The position numbers and the translations under genes were made by a program. From Nanobdellota archaeon (GTDB lineage Archaea > Nanobdellota > Nanobdellia > Woesearchaeales > GCA-2686295): a stretch of DNA of 64,000 nt. The stretch spans positions 35,952 to 99,951 of the forward strand of contig JAHJQL010000017.1 in assembly GCA_018819065.1 (NCBI GenBank). The letters run 5' to 3'. Shown in pieces: positions 58,273 through 64,000 of this stretch; the stretch's first letter is position 1; each line of letters opens with the position of its first letter. The notes under the pieces were generated by a model, which saw only the letters and a program-made list of their open reading frames with translations, did no database searches and was not told where the DNA came from.

Positions 58273-59157
58273 ATGAAAACTATTATAAATTTATTAAAAT
58301 GTCCTGTTTGTAATTCAAACATTTCAGAAAATTTAAAGTGTGAACAATGTTCATACACAATCTCCAAAAAAAAAAATGTTTTTTTGTATAAACAGTTTCT
58401 AGACAAACAAATGTTGCGAGAAGACAACTTAAATAAAGAAATAATAAAAAATTCAAAAAAATTTAGAAAAGAAATAATTAATAAAAAAGGAATATTTTCA
58501 GTAAAAAAGATTATTAAAAGAATAAAAAAAGATAAAAAAATAAATAAAAACTCTGTAGTTCTTGAACTTGGCGGTGCAAATGGATGGTTATCAGAAATAG
58601 TATCTAAAGAAACTTCTAACGTATATAATACAGATATCTCATTTTGTTTTTTAAAGTATGGAAAAATTCCTTCTTTTCTTATCCCTATGAACAAAATTGA
58701 TAAAATATTCAAAAAAGAAAGTTTTGACATAGTCTGGGTTAATGCTGCATTGCATCATTGCGAAAATCTTGATGAAGTTTTTAAAGCTGTTAAGTATGTT
58801 CTTAAGAAAAAAGGGATATTCATAATCAGCAATGAACTAATTGTCGGAAAAATTATAAAAAATCCGGATGTAAAAAAAGCAAACGAAGCTGGAGCGCAGG
58901 ATTACCCTTATCAATTATCACATTATGTAAACACCTCAAAAAAATACTTGAAAACTTCAATTTTTTTGCCAGATGATTTGGATTATTTTATAAAAAATCC
59001 GCAAGTTATTCAAACAGGGTACAAAAGAATTATTTTTAGACTAATTAAAAAAGTTGGTTTTTTCAGATTAAAGGATACATTTTTATTTAAAAAAATATAT
59101 CTTGCTTTCGGAGAACTATTTGGTGCACCAGTATTAATAATATGCGAGAATGACTAA
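58273..59157 (+). CDS. class-I SAM methyltransferase with N-terminal zinc ribbon
   Basis: CPVCNSN...CEQCSY, then VLELGGANGW. Confidence 0.65.
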   Translation: MKTIINLLKCPVCNSNISENLKCEQCSYTISKKKNVFLYKQFLDKQMLREDNLNKEIIKNSKKFRKEIINKKGIFSVKKIIKRIKKDKKINKNSVVLELGGANGWLSEIVSKETSNVYNTDISFCFLKYGKIPSFLIPMNKIDKIFKKESFDIVWVNAALHHCENLDEVFKAVKYVLKKKGIFIISNELIVGKIIKNPDVKKANEAGAQDYPYQLSHYVNTSKKYLKTSIFLPDDLDYFIKNPQVIQTGYKRIIFRLIKKVGFFRLKDTFLFKKIYLAFGELFGAPVLIICEND

Positions 59158-59904
59158 ATGAAAAAAATTAAATTGTCAGGATTTATTGTAGTAAGGAATG
59201 AAGAAAAAAATATTGAAAGATGCTTAAGATCTCTTGATTTTTGTGATGAAATAATAGTTGTAGATCAGGAAAGCACTGACAAAACAGTTAAGATAGCGAG
59301 AAAATATACGAAAAACATTTATCATGACAAATGCTGGGGATATGCTGACCCTAGCAGAAAACTAGGAGCTAGCAAATGTAAAGGACGATGGATTCTAAAC
59401 TTGGATGCTGATGAAGAAATCACAAATCCCTTAAAATTAGAAATATTAGATGCGATAAAAAAAAACACTGCAGATGCATATTATATTCATAGAGAGATAT
59501 ATTTTTTGGAGAAAAAAATAGTGTGTGTAAGTGAAACTGATTATGTTCTCAGACTTCATAAAAAAAATACTGTAACTTATGTTTCAAATATTCATGTATG
59601 TGTAATTCCAAAAAAAAATATTATTATCAAAAAACTTAAAGAATCTATGAATCATTATGCAACAACATCTATAAAACAAGCACTAGAAAAAATTAGAAGA
59701 TACGCGAAAATTCAAGCTAAAACAGACAAAAAATATAATTCTTTTCCTCGAAAGTATTTTGGAATATTTTATACTCCCATCTATTATTTTGTCTACATCT
59801 ATTTCATCAAAAAAGGATTTTTGAATGGACAAAATGGTTTTATATATGCATGTATGGATTTCTATTATCAAATATTGATATATAGATATTTATGGTTCAA
59901 ATAA
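59158..59904 (+). CDS. GT2 glycosyltransferase
   Basis: GFIVVRNEEKNIERCLRSLDFCDEIIVVDQESTDKT. Confidence 0.7.
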   Translation: MKKIKLSGFIVVRNEEKNIERCLRSLDFCDEIIVVDQESTDKTVKIARKYTKNIYHDKCWGYADPSRKLGASKCKGRWILNLDADEEITNPLKLEILDAIKKNTADAYYIHREIYFLEKKIVCVSETDYVLRLHKKNTVTYVSNIHVCVIPKKNIIIKKLKESMNHYATTSIKQALEKIRRYAKIQAKTDKKYNSFPRKYFGIFYTPIYYFVYIYFIKKGFLNGQNGFIYACMDFYYQILIYRYLWFK

Positions 59905-59913
59905 AAAAATAGA

Positions 59914-60615
59914 TTAAATCTTTCTCGCTTTTACAATATATAATAAAGAGAACCTATTTGGAATCTTATATGCTAAAAACTTTCTAAAAGACTTAGGCAT
60001 AAATGTCAAAATATATGCTATTAGATTAATAAATTTTGAAGATAAACATTTTGCCCGAGTTATATTTTTCACATCTCTCTGCCATGTATTAAATGCGGGA
60101 ACATGTTCAACCCACTCAACATTAAAACCTGTCTTGTTTAAATCATCAATCAAATTTTTAATATAAATTCGCCTTACATGATGTACCCCATCTGCGGGAT
60201 TGTTAGGCTGACCTATAAACAACACCCCGCCATCTTTAAGTACATTGTTTACCTCCGTTAGTGTCTTACTTGGATGATTCAAGTGTTCGAGAACCTCAAA
60301 ACAATACACAACATCATAACTATCCTCTTTTATAGGAAATCTTTTATGAATATCTGTTTTAATTGTTTTATAACCTAATTTTCTAGAAAATTTTAATCCA
60401 GAATCAGAAATATCCATGATAGTAACATTTCTTATGCCGAGATAATACATGAAATGTCCATTGCCACCGCCAATGTCTAACAACGATTTTTTTCCTTTTA
60501 CAACAAGCTTCTTTTTGAAATCATGATATAATCTCTCATAATATTTTATCTCTTTTCGCTTCTCAAACTCTTTATCCCAATAAGTTTTATAGTATAATCC
60601 ATAATTTTCTTGCAT
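59914..60615 (-). CDS. class-I SAM methyltransferase
   Basis: LLDIGGGNGHFMYYL and DVVYCFEVLEHL motifs. Confidence 0.7.
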   Translation of the reverse strand: MQENYGLYYKTYWDKEFEKRKEIKYYERLYHDFKKKLVVKGKKSLLDIGGGNGHFMYYLGIRNVTIMDISDSGLKFSRKLGYKTIKTDIHKRFPIKEDSYDVVYCFEVLEHLNHPSKTLTEVNNVLKDGGVLFIGQPNNPADGVHHVRRIYIKNLIDDLNKTGFNVEWVEHVPAFNTWQRDVKNITRAKCLSSKFINLIAYILTFMPKSFRKFLAYKIPNRFSLLYIVKARKI

Positions 60616-60696
60616 GATTTTAAAAATGATATATCTTTTATAAATCTCCTTATTTTATTATTGTGCTAGAATGCAGATTATGCAAAAAAAAAGAAT

Positions 60697-60860
60697 GCAA
60701 TAGACACTACGATTGCAACAAGTCTTGGATTCATGCTAATGACTTACTTAACAACGAGACTAATCTTAAAAGAGTATCCTGTTCACATCGATAAGTTCAT
60801 CCAGTAAAAAAACAATCTTCTCCAGATTCATATTCTTAGCAGCATTAAGCATTCTAATAA
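60697..60860 (+). pseudogene. remnant of a wzx 3' end (diverged duplicate of 62110-62270)
   Basis: Translates as IATSLGFMLMTYLTTRLILKEYPVHIDKFIQ*, matching IATGLGFALMAYLTTKLILKEYPIHIEKFIQ in the intact flippase. DNA similarity continues ~50 nt further. Confidence 0.55.
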
Positions 60861-60897
60861 TATTTAAATTAAGCATTCTAATAATATTTAAATAAAC
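60846..60897 (+). repeat. 26-bp perfect tandem direct repeat (taagcattctaataatatttaaat x2)
   Basis: Directly visible at the boundary of the wzx remnant and the promoter region of the intact wzx. Confidence 0.8.
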
Positions 60898-60913
60898 AAT
60901 CAATAAACTATTA

Positions 60914-62404
60914 TTGATGAACAAGCTCACTAGAACAACAATTCAGCTTTTCATAATTAGTCTTTTTATTGGGCTAATCAATTATCTTTTAAGGATTGTA
61001 TTTGCCAGGAACTTAACTTTGGAGGAGTATGGTTTGTTCTATGCTGTTTTCGCACTTGTTTCCTTCTTTGCTCCTTTTAGGGATTTGGGTCTTGGCGAGT
61101 CTACCTTGTTTTTCATTAATAAATATGTTGTCAAGTCTGACAAGAAGAGAATCAAAGCATCTATAGTTATTGGTATTCTTCCTCAGCTCATTCTTGGAAT
61201 AGTCATTGCAGCAATTCTCTTCTTGCTTAAGGGTTACTTGGTTAAAAACTATTTCAAGAATCCCTTAGCAGACCCAATAATGACTATTTTAATCATCCTT
61301 TTTGCTTTTGAGACTATAAGGCCTACTTTGATATATCTCTTCTTAGCTTATCAAAAAGTTGCTTTAAGCAAGTTAAACGACTTGATTTGTTCTCTATCTA
61401 TATTAATAGTTTCAATAATACTATTTTCTTTTTCATCATCATCAAAAACAACAGTTCCAGCAATAGCTTACTTAATAGGATCAGTTGTAGCAATAGTCAT
61501 ATTTGGAATCATTTTTTACACTCAATTTAAAGATGTCATCAAAGAGAAAGCAGCCATAAACAAAGCGTTAATAAAAGAGATGTTTAATTATGCTATTCCA
61601 ATTATGTTTTCCACGGCTGGAGCTATGATTTTAGTCTACAGCGACACATTATTATTAACTTATTTTAAGGGTGTGGAGTTAGTTGGATTATATAACATCG
61701 CGTACCCTGCTTTAGGAGTTATATTAATTTTTATAACGCCAATAAGCATAATTCTTTTCCCAAAGATATCTAACCTTTACCATCAAAAGAAGTCTCAAGA
61801 CATAAAAAACATTTTAAGCATAATATACAACAATTTCTTGCTCTTAACAATTCCTTTGGGACTTGCATTCTTTGTTTACTCTGATTTAATTATTTCTTTG
61901 CTCTTTGGAGTAAAATACATAGGTGCAACTAACACGTTAAAGGTTTTCTCATTAGCATTCATATTCATAGGTATAAGAGATATCAACTTTAACATAATCG
62001 CAGGTATTGGAAAAGTCAAGGAGCGCTCAAAGATACTCTACTATGGCGCAGGATTCAACGTAATACTAGACTTAATCTTAATTCCAAAATACGGTGCAAG
62101 TGGAGCTGCAATTGCAACAGGCCTCGGATTTGCATTAATGGCTTACCTAACAACAAAACTAATCTTAAAAGAATACCCAATCCACATCGAAAAGTTCATC
62201 CAGTTAAAAACAGTATTCTCAGGACTATTATTCCTTGCTTCATTAAGTCTGCTTAAAAAAATAATTGTTATGAGCAACGCAATAATAGAAGCAATAATTG
62301 TCTGCACAATTTCAGGAATAATTTATGTACTCGCACTATACTTATTAAAAGTTGTAACTAAAGAGAAAATACTGTTTTTAAAAGAATTAGTTTTGAAAGA
62401 ATGA
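60914..62404 (+). CDS. wzx: polysaccharide/oligosaccharide flippase (Wzx, MOP/MATE-like superfamily)
   Basis: 496 aa with ~12-14 predicted TM helices, a typical Wzx topology, in a glycan gene cluster. Confidence 0.75.
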   Translation: MMNKLTRTTIQLFIISLFIGLINYLLRIVFARNLTLEEYGLFYAVFALVSFFAPFRDLGLGESTLFFINKYVVKSDKKRIKASIVIGILPQLILGIVIAAILFLLKGYLVKNYFKNPLADPIMTILIILFAFETIRPTLIYLFLAYQKVALSKLNDLICSLSILIVSIILFSFSSSSKTTVPAIAYLIGSVVAIVIFGIIFYTQFKDVIKEKAAINKALIKEMFNYAIPIMFSTAGAMILVYSDTLLLTYFKGVELVGLYNIAYPALGVILIFITPISIILFPKISNLYHQKKSQDIKNILSIIYNNFLLLTIPLGLAFFVYSDLIISLLFGVKYIGATNTLKVFSLAFIFIGIRDINFNIIAGIGKVKERSKILYYGAGFNVILDLILIPKYGASGAAIATGLGFALMAYLTTKLILKEYPIHIEKFIQLKTVFSGLLFLASLSLLKKIIVMSNAIIEAIIVCTISGIIYVLALYLLKVVTKEKILFLKELVLKE

Positions 62405-62547
62405 TCAATTTTTCTTCCACTCAATCATCTTTTTTATCATATCTTTAATTGACATTGTTATCTTCCAGTTTGGATAGTTTTTTTATCTGTCCCTCTTCAT
62501 TGTGTGCTGGTATTAACACGCTTAATTTCATTTTAAGAAATCCTTTT

Positions 62548-63621
62548 TTAGCTTAATATTGGCTTGAGACTCTTCTCGTTTTTTCGTATCCATTCAACAA
62601 CATCTTTTACAATCTCGTCAATTGTAATCTTTGGCTTCCAACCACACTCTCTTTTAATCTTTGTCGTGTCTGTCAAGTAGATTGGAACATCCTGTGTTCT
62701 ATCTTCTTTCACACTTCCAATCTTTATCTTGTTGCCTGTGTATTTCTCGCAGAGCTTAGTTAATTCTAAAAGTGAAACACTAAATTCTCTTCCACCACCA
62801 ACATTATAGGTTTTTCCAGAGAACTGCTCTATATTTTCAAGTTGTAATTTTAGTAGTCTATAAAGATCTTGTATGTGAATAATATCTCTTACTTGTTTTC
62901 CTTCTCCGCCATAACCGATGTAATTCAATTCTCCTTTAAAGTAGTGCTTTGCAGCCCATAAGACAATTAATCCTTGATCGACTTTCCCCATCTGCCAAGG
63001 GCCAGCTATTACTCCGCACCTGTCAATGACTGCTCGCATATCATAAGCATCGATGTACTCGTTTATTAGTATTTCAGAAGCTAATTTTGTCGCTCCGTAG
63101 AACGAACTTGCTCCTTCAATTGGAAAATCTTCAGATATGCCTTTAGAGGACGCACCTCTAACAGGTTGGTTTTCTGCAAGTTCAAAACGAGTCTCTTTTT
63201 CCACAAGCTTTAATGAGTTTATCAGTTTTGTAGGATAAACTCTGCTTGTTGACAAAAAAAGAAAATCTGCTTTGTTCTTCCTTGCAACCTCCAAACAATT
63301 AATCGTTCCAAAAAAATTTGTATTGATAACGTATTCAGGAGACTCATCACTATAACCTGCGAGGACGGATGGCTCTGCAGAGCAGTCAATAACACAATCA
63401 ACATCTCTTATGCCCGTCAAATCTTCCTTATTTCTAATGTCTCCATGAAAAAATTCTATATTGTTGTCTTTTAATCTTGGAATTGCGAGTTCTGATCCTC
63501 TGCGCTTGAGACTGTCAACGCAGACAATTTTTATCTTAGGAAAATCTTTTTTTAGAAATATCGCCAGGTTTGAGCCGACAAATCCTGCGCCTCCAAAAAC
63601 AACTATTTTTTCATATCTCAT
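62548..63621 (-). CDS. NAD-dependent sugar-nucleotide epimerase/dehydratase (SDR, GalE-like)
   Basis: VVFGGAGFVGSNLAIFL Rossmann motif and a YGATKLASE catalytic YxxxK. Confidence 0.8.
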   Translation of the reverse strand: MRYEKIVVFGGAGFVGSNLAIFLKKDFPKIKIVCVDSLKRRGSELAIPRLKDNNIEFFHGDIRNKEDLTGIRDVDCVIDCSAEPSVLAGYSDESPEYVINTNFFGTINCLEVARKNKADFLFLSTSRVYPTKLINSLKLVEKETRFELAENQPVRGASSKGISEDFPIEGASSFYGATKLASEILINEYIDAYDMRAVIDRCGVIAGPWQMGKVDQGLIVLWAAKHYFKGELNYIGYGGEGKQVRDIIHIQDLYRLLKLQLENIEQFSGKTYNVGGGREFSVSLLELTKLCEKYTGNKIKIGSVKEDRTQDVPIYLTDTTKIKRECGWKPKITIDEIVKDVVEWIRKNEKSLKPILS

Positions 63622-63683
63622 GAATAAGCGAGATAAATCTTATTTGATTTATATGTTTTCTTTTTTTCAGATGAAAAATAACA

Positions 63684-64000
63684 TCAATTTCCATTATGAT
63701 TTCTAATTGATGGAAGAAGTTTAAACCATTCAATAGTTTGTCTTAAGCCCTCATCTAATTCAACTTCAGGTTTCCATCCAAGCATCTTTCTAGCTGATGA
63801 AATGTCTGGTTGCCTCTTTGTTGGATCATCCTGAGGGAGTTTCTCAAATATAAGAGGAGAACTTGAATTAGTAAGTTGCTTTACTTTTTGCGCTAGCTCA
63901 AGTATTGTAAACTCATCAGGGTTTCCTAAATTTTTTGGCTGAACAAAATTGGAGTTCATCATCATGATTAATCCTGAAACCATATCACTGATATAGCAAA
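63684..64000 (-). CDS. UDP-glucuronate decarboxylase (UDP-xylose synthase)-like SDR, partial (N-terminus beyond window end)
   Basis: The frame is open to the window edge. ...YISDMVSGLIMMMNSNFVQPKNLGNPDEFTILELAQ...DDPTKRQPDISSARKMLGWKPEVELDEGL closely parallels the UXS C-terminal region. Confidence 0.75.
   Translation of the reverse strand, partial: CYISDMVSGLIMMMNSNFVQPKNLGNPDEFTILELAQKVKQLTNSSSPLIFEKLPQDDPTKRQPDISSARKMLGWKPEVELDEGLRQTIEWFKLLPSIRNHNGN

Noticed and set aside
1-64000. CRISPR arrays and rRNA genes
   Set aside because: No regularly spaced short direct repeats with unique spacers were seen. The only tandem repeats are protein-coding (adhesin), the 26-bp duplication at 60846, and the 11-nt x3 repeat at 48888. 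No rRNA-like conserved stretches were recognised.

Overview
This is a low-GC, AT-rich contig with clear archaeal hallmarks, most likely from a DPANN-type archaeon. Evidence for the archaeal assignment: an archaeal/eukaryal-type GlyRS, an RFC clamp loader, an AglB/STT3 oligosaccharyltransferase with the WWDYG motif, a FlaI/FlaJ-type pilus ATPase and membrane pair, a geranylgeranyl reductase, and a tRNA-Phe with a non-canonical intron in the T-loop.

The window breaks into five regions:

1. 0.3-5.3 kb: a type IV pilus/archaellum-like assembly ATPase (763 aa) plus a polytopic membrane partner (746 aa).
2. 5.3-12.1 kb: an accessory island adjacent to tRNA-Phe. It holds two paralogous RelE/antitoxin cassettes that share their upstream flank, a WYL-domain regulator overlapping a Cys-rich mini-protein, a frameshifted DinD/Bro-N gene, an APH-family kinase, and a recurring ~20-nt intergenic motif.
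3. 12.2-22.6 kb: housekeeping genes. These are a Zn-ribbon mini-protein, the intron-containing tRNA-Phe, an OB-fold SSB/RPA-like protein, glyS, a PhoU-like regulator, the RFC large subunit, a YchF-like GTPase, and a second tRNA-like locus that appears to contain several introns.
4. 22.6-33.4 kb: a cell-surface cluster. It holds two S-layer-like proteins, a 1781-aa adhesin built from near-identical cadherin/VCBS-like repeats plus a PKD domain, and an upstream translationally coupled protein whose C-terminal half is beta-rich.
5. 33.6-64 kb: a large protein-glycosylation and glycan-biosynthesis island. It contains aglB with a Dol-P-sugar synthase and two 4-TM EamA half-transporters, an AbiE-like pair with a frameshifted nucleotidyltransferase, a carbamoyltransferase, and the ADP-heptose genes (gmhA, hldE, hldD). 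It also contains two GT9 heptosyltransferases, two cobalamin-dependent radical-SAM enzymes, four class-I methyltransferases, GT2/GT4 enzymes, a Wzx flippase and SDR sugar-nucleotide enzymes including a partial UXS.

Two recombination scars mark the glycan island. A 3' remnant of hldE lies beside an inserted Schlafen/AlbA_2-like gene, and a 3' remnant of wzx lies upstream of the intact wzx.

The most novel candidate is the predicted pathway for a heavily methylated, heptose-based surface or N-glycan in an archaeon. No CRISPR array was seen.
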